A stretch of 64,000 nucleotides of DNA, taken from a virus (Duplodnaviria > Caudoviricetes). The stretch spans positions 32,001 to 96,000 of IMG/VR virus record IMGVR_UViG_3300028886_000066; one strand, written 5' to 3'. The notes beneath the pieces were generated by a model. It was not told the origin of the DNA. It worked only from the letters and a program-made list of their open reading frames with translations, and ran no database searches. Within the stretch, counting starts at the first letter, position 1. Each line of letters opens with the position of its first letter. The translations under genes and the position numbers were made by a program. This document shows, in pieces, positions 1-9,653 of this stretch.

Positions 1-1
1 T

Positions 2-1465
2 AAGGAGGGACGTTTGAAGTATCTTGCCGCAAAGCCCGAAATGCTTGGTGAAGGTCTTAATTTCCAGCACCACTGCCACAAGGCAATCATGTTTATCGAC
101 TACCGGTTCAATGACAAGTTTCAGGCTGTTGCCCGCATACACCGATTCATGCAGAAACACGAAGTGACGTTATATCTTGTTTATGCGGAGAGTGAGCAGG
201 AAATCCATAAGACATTTATGCACAAATGGGCACGTCATAACGAAATGATTGAGCGTATGGCTCAGATGCTTCGCAAGAACGGATTGTTTGGGACTGACAT
301 AACAAAGAAACTGGAGCGTTACTTATTCTCGCAGCGTGAAGAAGAAAGTGGCAAATTGTGGCGAAGTATCAATAATGACAACTGTCTCGAACTTCCGCAC
401 ATGGAAGATAACTCAGTAGGGCTTATCGTTACATCCATTCCTTTCAGCGACCAGTACCAATACACATCGACGTACAACGATATGGGCTTTAATGATGGGA
501 ATGATGACTTCTTTAAGCAGATGGGCTTCCTGACACCTCACTTGTTGCGTGTGTTGCAGCCTGGTCGTATAGCTTGCATTCATGTGAAAGACAGGGTATT
601 GAGTGGCTATAAGGGCGGTACATGCTTTCAGACCGTCGTTCCATTCAGTGACTTGTCCGTGCTGCATTACATCAAGCATGGATTCAAGTATTGCGGACGT
701 ATCACGGTAGATACGGACGTTGTGCAGGAGAATAACAAGTCGTATCGTCTGGGATATACGGAAATGTGCAAGGACGGAACAAAGATGTCGGTTGGCTGTC
801 CTGAGTATATTCTGATATTCAGGAAAGAGCCGTCAGATACGAGTGATGCCTATGCAGACGTTCCTGTAACGAAGTCAAAGGATGAGTACTCACTTGCTCG
901 CTGGCAGATAGATGCTCATGGCGACTGGAAGTCAAGCGGAAATCGTCTGCTTTCGTATGATGATGTAAAGAATCTTACACTTGAAGGCATACGTGAATAC
1001 TACAAGAAGTATGCTTCTGAGCATATCTATAATTACGAAGACCATGTAGCTTTCAGCGAGACACTTGAAGCGGCTGGCAGGTTGAGCAAGGAATCATTTG
1101 TGCTTGCGCCTATTTCTCATAAGGACTATATTTGGGACCTGAGTGAGTATCAGCGTGCCAAGACATTGAACACCAAGCAGGCGAAAGCCGACAAGCAGGT
1201 TCATATCTGCCCACTCCCGATAGACTTGGTAAACCGTTGTATTGAAAGATGGAGCAATAAAGGCGAGTGGGTATTTGACCCGTTCAGTGGTCTTGCCACT
1301 GTTCCGTATTGCGCTATCAAGTTAGGTCGGAAGGGAGTTGGTACTGAACTGAACTACGAATACTGGCGTGACGGTCTGACTTACCTGCGTGAGGCTGAAA
1401 TGGACGTTCTTTCGCCGACGTTGTTCGACTTCATGGGATTTGAGTCTGAAAATAGTCAGCCTTAA
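2..1465 (+). CDS. Helicase C-terminal domain fused to amino-DNA methyltransferase (5'-truncated by window)
   Basis: Frame open to window edge. Helicase-C-like GEGLNFQ...QAVARIHRF. Catalytic-like VTSIPF precedes SAM-binding FDPFSGLAT (beta-class order). Confidence 0.85.
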   Translation, partial: KEGRLKYLAAKPEMLGEGLNFQHHCHKAIMFIDYRFNDKFQAVARIHRFMQKHEVTLYLVYAESEQEIHKTFMHKWARHNEMIERMAQMLRKNGLFGTDITKKLERYLFSQREEESGKLWRSINNDNCLELPHMEDNSVGLIVTSIPFSDQYQYTSTYNDMGFNDGNDDFFKQMGFLTPHLLRVLQPGRIACIHVKDRVLSGYKGGTCFQTVVPFSDLSVLHYIKHGFKYCGRITVDTDVVQENNKSYRLGYTEMCKDGTKMSVGCPEYILIFRKEPSDTSDAYADVPVTKSKDEYSLARWQIDAHGDWKSSGNRLLSYDDVKNLTLEGIREYYKKYASEHIYNYEDHVAFSETLEAAGRLSKESFVLAPISHKDYIWDLSEYQRAKTLNTKQAKADKQVHICPLPIDLVNRCIERWSNKGEWVFDPFSGLATVPYCAIKLGRKGVGTELNYEYWRDGLTYLREAEMDVLSPTLFDFMGFESENSQP

Positions 1466-1470
1466 TACTT

Positions 1471-1546
1471 TTGCAACGTGTTTTCAAATAATTCTTCAAA
1501 AATTTTGGGATAGTGTGTTTTTTGTATTTGTGCGTGCGTAACTTTG
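1471..1546 (+). promoter_or_regulatory. Bacteroidetes-type promoter with upstream conserved box
   Basis: TTGCAACGTGTTTTCAAATAATTCTTCA at 1471; TAACTTTG at 1539-1546. Confidence 0.7.
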
Positions 1547-1551
1547 CATTG

Positions 1552-2150
1552 TGAATCAAGTCGTGACGGACAAGAAACACAGGTGCAAAGCGAAGAAATA
1601 CGACTATCAAGGCTTAGGCACAAGATATATCATCCAAGCGGAACACCTACAACTCCTTAGAATCACTTTTGCTTTGCATTAGAATTCGCAACCCGTCACG
1701 ACGAGAGTTGCAAGGGTTTCGCTTGCTTTTATGCCAGCACTCCCAAAAGACATAGAGGTTCCATCAGTGGCCACCTCGCGGAAACTCAACATTTCGCAAT
1801 ACAAAAGGCCCCTTATAAAAACATTGTCGGTGTAGATGCGGCAAGAAACATCTTCGGGGGAGCAAGCCAATTTCTCGCTCTGTGCGTAATCCTCACAACG
1901 AGAGACTTACATGACTCGACAACCCGCTTCTTTCTTGACGTAAACGAAAACAAAGATAAGCCCGAAGAAATCGGGGGAGTGAGGGACGGAAGTGCTACAC
2001 TGGCTTGAACGAAACTTGGAGCAACTGCAAAGTTGATGTTGAGCAAAGTCCAATGTTGAAGTTCATTCTCGAAACAAGCCCAAATAGGTTTTACATCTTT
2101 TTATGGGGGAGTGAGGGAATAAAGGATTAAGTGTGCATAAACGAAATTTT
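1552..2150 (+). ncRNA. Putative large structured non-coding RNA or long structured leader
   Basis: No credible ORF, directly after a promoter. Long-range stems 1560-1569/1693-1702 (perfect 10 bp), 1584-1595/1667-1678 and 1809-1821/2098-2109. Confidence 0.45.
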
Positions 2151-2171
2151 GTTTGAAAAGAAAAAAGAATT

Positions 2172-2432
2172 ATGAGAATTAGACAAGCAATACAGGTTGG
2201 CAATAACGTGACCAACATTATGAGTCTTCCGTGCATAGAAAAGTGCGTGAAGCGGAATGACAAGAATGGCTTGGAGTGGTTGGAGTACGTGACTACGGAC
2301 GGCGACATCGTTGAGCGTGGTGACTGGCTGTGTGAGACGGATGAAGACAAATGGATGCCGATGAGTGATGAGGAATATCAAAAGTTTGCCAAAAATGAGA
2401 ATACCGAAAACGAAACGATTAAAAGCGTATGA
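2172..2432 (+). CDS. Hypothetical protein
   Basis: A-rich leader ending ATTATG; coupled to next gene. Confidence 0.7.
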   Translation: MRIRQAIQVGNNVTNIMSLPCIEKCVKRNDKNGLEWLEYVTTDGDIVERGDWLCETDEDKWMPMSDEEYQKFAKNENTENETIKSV

Positions 2433-3106
2433 TAGTTCAAGCAATGACACCCGACGAGGTGTATAGGGAAATGGAGCTTGACATGCCAGAGGTGTCGCGT
2501 TGGTGGCTGAGACAGCGGGAGGTGCTTATTAAAAGAGCATTGAAGATGATGAAGTTCCCGATGAACGTCTGGTATGAGTACAAGAGCAAGCGGCATAACA
2601 GGTGGCTTGTGCTGGCGATGATAATGGGCAGGAAGTACAACAACACTGGCATGACGGCTGTTGTGACCCTGCAGAAGTGGGAGCGTGGCTACGCCATCTA
2701 CTACACGCGGTGGCCTTGGCAGGTGGCGGCAGACAGGATGGTGATTCAGCCGCACGTCTTCGACCGCTACGGCGAGCGCATGAAGGTGGGCAAGACAGGC
2801 ATTGAGCTGATAAAGCACTACATCGAGCGCAGTCCGCATGGCGAGCCTACGGACAACAGTCGCTTCTCTGGCAGGAGCGTGAGGTACGGCGGGCGTGACA
2901 ATGTTTGCCTGAGCATTCAGGACGGCGTGCTGCTTGGTGAGAATGTGAACGGGATTTTTGTTGCTCATACGTTCATTACCTACGACATGGCGGGTGGACT
3001 CCAAAAAGAGGAGTTCGAGAAAAACAGGGCGAAGGTAAGGAGCAATGAGCAACTGTTGAGAGATATTAAGAATTACATGGAATACTTAAAACAACAAAAT
3101 CAATGA
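2429..3106 (+). CDS. Hypothetical protein (225 aa)
   Basis: ATGA overlaps at both ends; coding-like composition. Confidence 0.8.
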   Translation: MIVQAMTPDEVYREMELDMPEVSRWWLRQREVLIKRALKMMKFPMNVWYEYKSKRHNRWLVLAMIMGRKYNNTGMTAVVTLQKWERGYAIYYTRWPWQVAADRMVIQPHVFDRYGERMKVGKTGIELIKHYIERSPHGEPTDNSRFSGRSVRYGGRDNVCLSIQDGVLLGENVNGIFVAHTFITYDMAGGLQKEEFEKNRAKVRSNEQLLRDIKNYMEYLKQQNQ

Positions 3107-3471
3107 GAAACGTAGAATTAAGTGAACAGGAACTGTTCGATTTGAGAGATGAAGTGTGTAGGCACATCGAAGAGAATGTTGATGACGTGCTGGCTGAACG
3201 TATTGGCGACGCGATTCTGAATGCGATGGTAGGCCCTGACGGTAAGGACACTGACGAACTGAGCACAAGGAAATGCTTTGTGAACCTTGTCTATGCCGTG
3301 GCGACGTTCCTTGACGCCCTGCTTGAGATTACCAACAGGACTCGCCCGAAGGACAAGCAGTTCAAGTGCGAGCAGTTCGGTGAGGAGTTTAGCGACCACT
3401 TGGATGCTTTCTGCTGCGTAAATGACTACAAGCGGGAAGATAGAGCGAAGATGAAGGAGAGTGAAGATTAA
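3103..3471 (+). CDS. Hypothetical protein
   Basis: ATGA overlap; followed by terminator. Confidence 0.75.
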   Translation: MRNVELSEQELFDLRDEVCRHIEENVDDVLAERIGDAILNAMVGPDGKDTDELSTRKCFVNLVYAVATFLDALLEITNRTRPKDKQFKCEQFGEEFSDHLDAFCCVNDYKREDRAKMKESED

Positions 3472-3477
3472 GGAGTT

Positions 3478-3512
3478 AGGGGCTGCGCGACGGTGCGCGG
3501 CTCTCTTCTTTT
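3478..3512 (+). terminator. Intrinsic terminator
   Basis: GGGCTGCGC...GCGCGGCTC stem then TCTTCTTTT. Confidence 0.65.
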
Positions 3513-3549
3513 GTTGGACTTAAATTACATTATCGGATGGAAAGTAACT

Positions 3550-4335
3550 TCACCACAGAGTAAGCTGCTGTTGCTCTCGTTGGATGCGTTTCTGTGCCCA
3601 ATCGACATAACGTGGCGATATTTCGCTGCCAATGTAGTTGCGCTTTTCGCGAATGCAAGCAATAGCCGTCGTTCCTGTCCCCATGAACGGGTCGTAGATG
3701 GTGTCGCCCTCCTTTGAGTACAACAGCAGGAGTTTTCTGCACAAGACCGTCGAATACGTCGCTTTGTGTATCGGACAAACCTCGTCATTGTTCGGAGCTT
3801 CCAAGAAGTTGAAGTAATTCTTGTAGTGCTGTTGACCATTCGGACGCTGCACGCCTTTCTCCTTGTAGCAGTTGAACGTTGAAAGCTCAGTCTTTCGGCA
3901 GAATACGAACACGAACTCACAGATGCGTGTCAGCTTGTTTGTGCTCTCGCTGTTCGGTGCTGCTGATTTCTTCTTCCAAATGATGCAATCGGCAATCGTG
4001 AACGGGGTGTTCTGCATGACGCTTGCAACTGTCAGCCACATGAGCGCGATGTTCTCCGATGAATAACTGAGGTTGTAGAGTATGCACCCGTTAGGCTTTA
4101 ACGTCTTGTCGAAAGCGTTGAAGATGTCGTTAGTCCATGCGATGTATTCCTCATTCGGTCGGCAGTCGTCAAACTCGTCGTACCTGATGTTTACGTCGGC
4201 AGCGTCCAACGATGACCCCTTGCGGCTTGTATTGTATGGCGGCGATGTCATTATGACGTCTACGGCCATAATCCTTTCCATCGTCTTTATGCAATCTTCG
4301 TTAAAAATCGTATTGATGTCTGCGTTACTTTCCAT
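3550..4335 (-). CDS. Orphan DNA methyltransferase, N4-C/N6-A beta class
   Basis: TSPPY catalytic motif; YDPFMGTGTT SAM motif; NEDC N-terminus. Confidence 0.92.
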   Translation of the reverse strand: MESNADINTIFNEDCIKTMERIMAVDVIMTSPPYNTSRKGSSLDAADVNIRYDEFDDCRPNEEYIAWTNDIFNAFDKTLKPNGCILYNLSYSSENIALMWLTVASVMQNTPFTIADCIIWKKKSAAPNSESTNKLTRICEFVFVFCRKTELSTFNCYKEKGVQRPNGQQHYKNYFNFLEAPNNDEVCPIHKATYSTVLCRKLLLLYSKEGDTIYDPFMGTGTTAIACIREKRNYIGSEISPRYVDWAQKRIQREQQQLTLW

Positions 4336-4478
4336 CCGAGAAAGTAGCGAATGAGCGTTACATTACGAAGATAAAGTAAGATTTAGGGAAATTTGCCTGT
4401 TTTTGCAGAAATGCTACAAAAACGGGACTTTGAATAGAGAATAATATGTTTTAGCAACGGCTAAACTCTAATTTTTGC

Positions 4479-4515
4479 GGGTGGGATTCCAACTAAGGAG
4501 TCTCACCCCTTTTTT
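4479..4515 (+). terminator. Hairpin plus T-run at the distal end of the early arm
   Basis: GGGTGGGATTCC-AACTAA-GGAGTCTCACCC followed by a T-run on + strand. Confidence 0.55.
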
Positions 4516-4520
4516 GTGTG

Positions 4521-4850
4521 TTAGCAGGCTGAGATTTCAGCCGTAAATCGAATTGTGTCCTTTGTCGCAAGCTTGCCGTCTCTGTTCCATATTAATGCTT
4601 CGCACGGCTCTAACAAAAGTGTCTCATTCCCTTCTTCATCGACATTTGCGAAGAAATCAAACTCGTATTCGTGCCGTCTGGATAAAAAGATTATGTTCCA
4701 TACACCCAGCTCGTTTGCTATGCCTGTTGTTACGTCGATTGCTTCATTGTCAGGATGATTGGTTATAACATCTGTCAGGTCATCGTTTAGCACTGCTACT
4801 TTTTCAATTTTGAGTCCATTGACCTCAAATCTAATGGTAATTTTTTTCAT
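4521..4850 (-). CDS. Hypothetical protein
   Basis: Last gene of leftward arm; hexaloop hairpin upstream. Confidence 0.75.
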   Translation of the reverse strand: MKKITIRFEVNGLKIEKVAVLNDDLTDVITNHPDNEAIDVTTGIANELGVWNIIFLSRRHEYEFDFFANVDEEGNETLLLEPCEALIWNRDGKLATKDTIRFTAEISAC

Positions 4851-4915
4851 ACATTTACAACGTTTAATCAGAGTAGTTATTGTGCTTTAGGGAGAAATTA
4901 ACCTCCCTGAAAGCA

Positions 4916-5761
4916 TTATGAGTTGAAGAACGACATCGCTTCGGTTGAAGCCTTCTGCTTGTTGACCTTTATGTAGCGTTCGGTCATGGAAAGCGATTGG
5001 TGTCCCATATACTGAGAAATCTCTGGAACTGGAACACCCTTTGATGCAAGGATTGAGGCGAACGAACGGCGAGCCGTATGTTGGCCAACTAATTCGTACT
5101 TCTCCTTGGTAATCATTGAGCCGTGGTAATAGAGCGTGACCAAATCGTCGATTCCGCACTTCTTGCACACTTCCTTTAGTATGCGGTTGGTCGTTGTGCG
5201 CGAATACTCCTTTGAGGGCTTGTGTTTGAACAAGTCCTTGATGCGGTAGTGTTCGGGAATGACGGCGAGCGTGTGAGTCTTCCGTGAGACGTAAGAGAGC
5301 AGTCCATCCTGAATGTTCTCGTAGTCCAAATCGGAGACGTCGTTTCCTCTTGCACCACAATAGCACTCGATGAGGAAAAGGTTGAGGACGTCGCGCGTGA
5401 TGTCGTTCTTCTTTTCGTGTGGCAGAGCCTGATAGTAGGCGTCGATGCGGTGAACCTCTTCTTCGGTGAGGGCGATGTTCTGCTGTGGCACTTTCTTGAC
5501 TCGGAGAATTTTGGCGAACTTCATAGTAGGTAGTTCGACTTCGTCGGACACCATGTTCAGAAAGCTCTTGACGATGGCGCAATAGGTAAATGCGCTGTTT
5601 GGCGTGACAGTCTTGGTGAGGTAGGACACGAAATCGGTGAGATTGATGGCCGTGAGGTCGCACCAGTTGACTTCTTCTTTCCCGATTGCAGCCCGCATAT
5701 ACCTTACGAGAAATTCGTAATTGGGATAGCGGTGAATGAACTCTTTTTCAAATTTTTCCAT
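4916..5761 (-). CDS. Tyrosine recombinase without arm-binding domain (281 aa)
   Basis: Catalytic R (CGARGND), K (SRKT), HxxR (HTARR), H (MGH), Y (TERY). Confidence 0.92.
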   Translation of the reverse strand: MEKFEKEFIHRYPNYEFLVRYMRAAIGKEEVNWCDLTAINLTDFVSYLTKTVTPNSAFTYCAIVKSFLNMVSDEVELPTMKFAKILRVKKVPQQNIALTEEEVHRIDAYYQALPHEKKNDITRDVLNLFLIECYCGARGNDVSDLDYENIQDGLLSYVSRKTHTLAVIPEHYRIKDLFKHKPSKEYSRTTTNRILKEVCKKCGIDDLVTLYYHGSMITKEKYELVGQHTARRSFASILASKGVPVPEISQYMGHQSLSMTERYIKVNKQKASTEAMSFFNS

Positions 5762-5931
5762 ATCATTTCAGTTTTAAATTAGACATAAAAAGGAGCGACA
5801 CCGCAAGCTGATGCGATGCCGCCTTACACTCAAAAAACTCTTGATTATGAGCCTCGCGGCTGATAAGCGTCCCGACTCTGGGTTGGCAGGGCGGGGACTG
5901 AATGGAAGTCACGGCGGGCGTGACGTGATGG

Positions 5932-6231
5932 TTAATCCTTGCACCATGAGGCACAGGGAACGCCGTACTTGTCCTGATTGTCAAGCATACGGTAGGCTTT
6001 GCGGACGGCCTCCATGCGCTGCTTGTAAGGCAGACGGGAGAGGCGTTCGCCAGCGTTACTGCATGACTGACAGTAGGCATCGTACTGCTGCTCCTGGTCT
6101 TCGCTCATTGCAAGGACTTCGTCGGTAGTCTTCTGATTTTCAACGTGGTTGAGGAAATAGAAGGCATCCTCTGTGTAGTCGTCAACGTCGATACACAGGT
6201 CAGGGATTGTGAGAGCTTGTTGTTTTTTCAT
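5932..6231 (-). CDS. Hypothetical protein coupled to ftsK-like gene
   Basis: ATG at 6231 overlaps FtsK TGA. Confidence 0.7.
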   Translation of the reverse strand: MKKQQALTIPDLCIDVDDYTEDAFYFLNHVENQKTTDEVLAMSEDQEQQYDAYCQSCSNAGERLSRLPYKQRMEAVRKAYRMLDNQDKYGVPCASWCKD

Positions 6232-7472
6232 ATATAGATGAAGCCTCCCAAGCGGCTTTTGATAACTTTGCATCCGTACTTGTTCACGTCGCTACACACT
6301 CCGTTCGGCAGTTGTGGGATTTCTTTTTGCTTCATTACCGTCTGTTCACAGTTATCGTACTCGTCGGCAACCTCGTCGCAGAGTTGGATAACCTCTTCGG
6401 TGGAGATATAGGCACACTGGCAGCGCGTGGTGTCGCCACCGTCGTAGAAGAGCATATCGCCCTTTCCCGTCAGTTTCTCAGCACCGATACGGTCGAGGAT
6501 GACGCGGGAGTCAGTACCCGTGACGGTACGGAAAGCGATGCGGGTGGGGAAGTTCGCCTTGATGCGGCCTGTTACGATGTCGGTTGACGGTCGCTGAGTG
6601 GAGATAATCATGTGGATTCCGACGGCGCGGGCTTTCTGAGCGATGCGGCAGATAGCGTTCTCCATTGCAGTTCCCTTTGTCTGCATGATGAGGTCGCCGT
6701 ACTCGTCGATTATTACGACGTAGTAGGGGAGTTTTCCGTTTTGGCCTGCGGGGGAAGCCGCAGGCACGGTGGCGTTGTACTCCTCGATGTTGCGGACGTT
6801 GGCCTGCTTCAGGAGAGTATAACGCTCTTCCATGATGTCGATGACGCAATCTAAGGCTTTCTGAGCGTTTTCTGTGTCGGTGATGATAGATTCGCCATCC
6901 GACGAGAGTTTCGCGATGTACGGCCTTGCTATGCGTTCGTAGACGGTCAATTCAACTTGTTTCGGGTCGATGAGAATAAGTTTCAGTTCGTCGGGACGCT
7001 TTTTATTGATGAGCGAGGCGATAATGACGTTGAGTCCGACTGACTTACCCATTCCAGTAGCACCAGCCACGAGCAGATGAGGCATCGTGGCGAGGTCGGC
7101 CATGAAGACTGAGTTGTCGGTACGGCGTCCCATGCAGAGCGGGAGAGCCATGTCGGTTTCGCGGTAGTCGGAAGACTCCAGCATATCGGCGAACGGAATG
7201 ACGTTGCGGCTGACGTTGGGGACTTCGATTCCGACCGTTCCGTTAGGCATCGGTGCGATTATCCGTACTGACGGCACTTTGAGTCCGACTGCAAATTCAT
7301 CCTTGAGATTGCGGATTTTGGAGATTCTGACTCCGTCGTTAGGTGTCAGCTCATAGAGCGTGACGGTAGGGCCAGCGACGGCATTGATGTCCTGATAGCC
7401 TATTTTGAAGCTATGCAGGATTTCGCCGATACGTCGCTTGGTCTCGATGATTTCCTTGTTACTGCGTTGCAT
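6228..7472 (-). CDS. ftsK: FtsK/SpoIIIE motor domain (no TM region, no gamma domain)
   Basis: GPTVTLYE, VRIIAPMP, GIEVPN, MPHLLVAGATGMGKS (Walker A), IIDEYGDL, STQRPS, GAEKLTGKGDML. Confidence 0.93.
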   Translation of the reverse strand: MQRSNKEIIETKRRIGEILHSFKIGYQDINAVAGPTVTLYELTPNDGVRISKIRNLKDEFAVGLKVPSVRIIAPMPNGTVGIEVPNVSRNVIPFADMLESSDYRETDMALPLCMGRRTDNSVFMADLATMPHLLVAGATGMGKSVGLNVIIASLINKKRPDELKLILIDPKQVELTVYERIARPYIAKLSSDGESIITDTENAQKALDCVIDIMEERYTLLKQANVRNIEEYNATVPAASPAGQNGKLPYYVVIIDEYGDLIMQTKGTAMENAICRIAQKARAVGIHMIISTQRPSTDIVTGRIKANFPTRIAFRTVTGTDSRVILDRIGAEKLTGKGDMLFYDGGDTTRCQCAYISTEEVIQLCDEVADEYDNCEQTVMKQKEIPQLPNGVCSDVNKYGCKVIKSRLGGFIYI

Positions 7473-7542
7473 TTTTTATTTTTTTGCATTGCCGAGTGAC
7501 TTCTCCTCAGCACAAGGCTTCACAGCAAGCCCGATTCGGCAA

Positions 7543-7550
7543 CAAAGTTA
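7543..7550 (-). promoter_or_regulatory. -7 promoter box for ftsK-recombinase genes
   Basis: TAACTTTG on minus strand upstream of ftsK. Confidence 0.55.
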
Positions 7551-7629
7551 AACAATAATTTTAAATAACACTTGTTTCCGCAAGGTAATTTAACACCTTT
7601 GCGGAAGATTTTCGGAATAGTTTACAAAA

Positions 7630-9330
7630 TTACGCCACCATTGACGTTTTCGGTGACGCGCACAGGATAACGTCGATGACATTGCATACTGAGCCGTCGG
7701 AGAGAGACACGACACCGTTCTCGATGCGCTCGATAGAAACGCCCGTGGAGAGGCTGACGAAATCGGCGAACCAGTCAGGGAGCGTACACTTGCGCTTGTC
7801 GGTAGGCAGCAGCAGCTCGGAAGAGACGTAGCAGAAGAGCCATCCCTTCAAGCGGATGAACGCCGTTCGCTTGCGCAGAGAAACTACTTTGACGATGCAG
7901 TCGTAGCCAGACGTCGTTTGCAGGATAGCAAAGTCGCCTGCATGGACACCATGAGAGTTGGCATCGACTTGCGGATTGTCTTCGTCAGAGACGTTCTCCA
8001 TGTCAATCTGCTGCATAGCGTCGAAGCGTCGGACGGTCTGAGCGTTACGCAGTTGTTCGCGTATCTCGGACTGAGAGCCGTACTTCAGGAACTCGCAGAC
8101 TTCACAGATAATGTCGGCCTTTGACTTGACTGAGCCGCCACCGAACATATCGCACATTCCAGATGAAGCGGATGACGCCTCGTTGTTGTAGAGGATGAAG
8201 ATACGCTTGAGCGTGTTCGTCTTCGCGCTGTTGATTGCATCGGCGAGAGCCTTGACGATAGGATTGGTGAAGTCGGCCACCGTCGATTCCTGATTGTCGA
8301 AAGCGAGATTGCTCTGACGAGAGAAACCAGACACAACCTGACCAAAGGCGATTCCCGTAGCGAGCGCGTGATAGCAGAGGTGGATGGCCTCGGCCATTTC
8401 GGACTCCAAAGAATACTCGTCGAGACTGATGTTCGTTGAAATCTCGGAGAGAGCCGTGATGATGTTCAGGCGCATACCAGCGAACTTGTTAATCTGACGG
8501 ACTGCATCGGGATTCTTCTGGAAAGCCTTGCCGATAAGCACGTTCTCCAGAATCTCCTTTGCCTTTGCGGAGATACGCTCGTTGCTTGCGCCGTCGAACA
8601 TTTCGGACATCTTCATCCCCGTGATGACCTTTGAGCGAATCAGCTCGGTCACGGCCTCGGATGAGGCTTTCTGACTGGAGTAGAACTCGGCGATAGTGTC
8701 AAAAGTATTGATAGAGCGGATGAGGCGTCGGAACGTCTCGTCGCTGACTTTCTTTCCCATTGACACGGCATCTTCGGTCTTGGACATTCCCTTTTTCTCG
8801 TCCTGATTGAACGCGGCGAAGATTTCCGTAGTGTACGGATATTCATCGTCGGCGACAAGGCAGATGCGCGGATGAGAGAATGACTTGACTTGCTCTTCGG
8901 TGAATCCGTACTTGTTGGGAAATTCTTGCAGGTAGCTAATGTACGCCTTGTCGGTGTCGTAGCGTGCTGCAATTATTCCCGCCATTGTACGTCCGTTACC
9001 AGAGAGGACGATTCCGTCCTTTGAGACGATTGGCGGTATTGTGAGAGCCTGCTCGTCGTAGTTGTCGGCTATTGAGCGCGTGACGGTCTGAGCGAACGTG
9101 TCGCGCTCGTAGTCTCGGTCGTTTACTGTCTGCCCGTTGGAATCGGTTGGGAATCCATCGGACTTGCAGAACGAGTCGAACGGATCGTGACTCGGAGTCA
9201 CTGCGCCCGATTCAGCCAGCAGGTAGCGTCCCTTGACTTTCAGTCCTGACGGCGTAGCGATTTTGTCGGCGTAGCCGTAGAGTTTCCGTGCATCGTCGAA
9301 GCGTTTGCGGATGAGTTGTAAGTTTTCCAT
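7630..9330 (-). CDS. ddrB-like ParB-superfamily domain protein
   Basis: PSHD...NDRDYERD...IA...PPIVSKDGIVLSGNGRTMA signature. Start at 9330 set by the conserved leader. Confidence 0.7.
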   Translation of the reverse strand: MENLQLIRKRFDDARKLYGYADKIATPSGLKVKGRYLLAESGAVTPSHDPFDSFCKSDGFPTDSNGQTVNDRDYERDTFAQTVTRSIADNYDEQALTIPPIVSKDGIVLSGNGRTMAGIIAARYDTDKAYISYLQEFPNKYGFTEEQVKSFSHPRICLVADDEYPYTTEIFAAFNQDEKKGMSKTEDAVSMGKKVSDETFRRLIRSINTFDTIAEFYSSQKASSEAVTELIRSKVITGMKMSEMFDGASNERISAKAKEILENVLIGKAFQKNPDAVRQINKFAGMRLNIITALSEISTNISLDEYSLESEMAEAIHLCYHALATGIAFGQVVSGFSRQSNLAFDNQESTVADFTNPIVKALADAINSAKTNTLKRIFILYNNEASSASSGMCDMFGGGSVKSKADIICEVCEFLKYGSQSEIREQLRNAQTVRRFDAMQQIDMENVSDEDNPQVDANSHGVHAGDFAILQTTSGYDCIVKVVSLRKRTAFIRLKGWLFCYVSSELLLPTDKRKCTLPDWFADFVSLSTGVSIERIENGVVSLSDGSVCNVIDVILCASPKTSMVA

Positions 9331-9396
9331 AATCTTGAGTTTTAGTGATACATAAATTGTACGCACAGGTTGTTTTCGCAGCCCATGCGCTTTGTG

Positions 9397-9579
9397 TCAG
9401 TCTTCAGTGAAGGCATTTGCTTTCTTGAATACTTCGTAGACTCTGTTCTTTGCCTCGGCAATAGCCTCGCAAGCATCTGCATCGGAAACGAGTTTTGTAG
9501 CGTCGTTGTAACGCTCCATTTCGTGCAGGAGTGCAGTCACGATGATGTCGATTTCCTGCTTGTTGAATGTCTCTTTCAT
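9397..9579 (-). CDS. Small hypothetical early protein
   Basis: ATTATG start; array orientation. Confidence 0.7.
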   Translation of the reverse strand: MKETFNKQEIDIIVTALLHEMERYNDATKLVSDADACEAIAEAKNRVYEVFKKANAFTED

Positions 9580-9625
9580 AATTCGTACTTAAATTGAGTT
9601 AAACTTTAGGTGAATTGTTTTTGTA

Positions 9626-9653
9626 GTTGCAAAAATATTCCTACTTTTGCAAC
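9626..9653. promoter_or_regulatory. Palindromic back-to-back -7 boxes
   Basis: GTTGCAAAA-N10-TTTTGCAAC contains TATTTTTG (minus) and TACTTTTG (plus). Confidence 0.55.
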
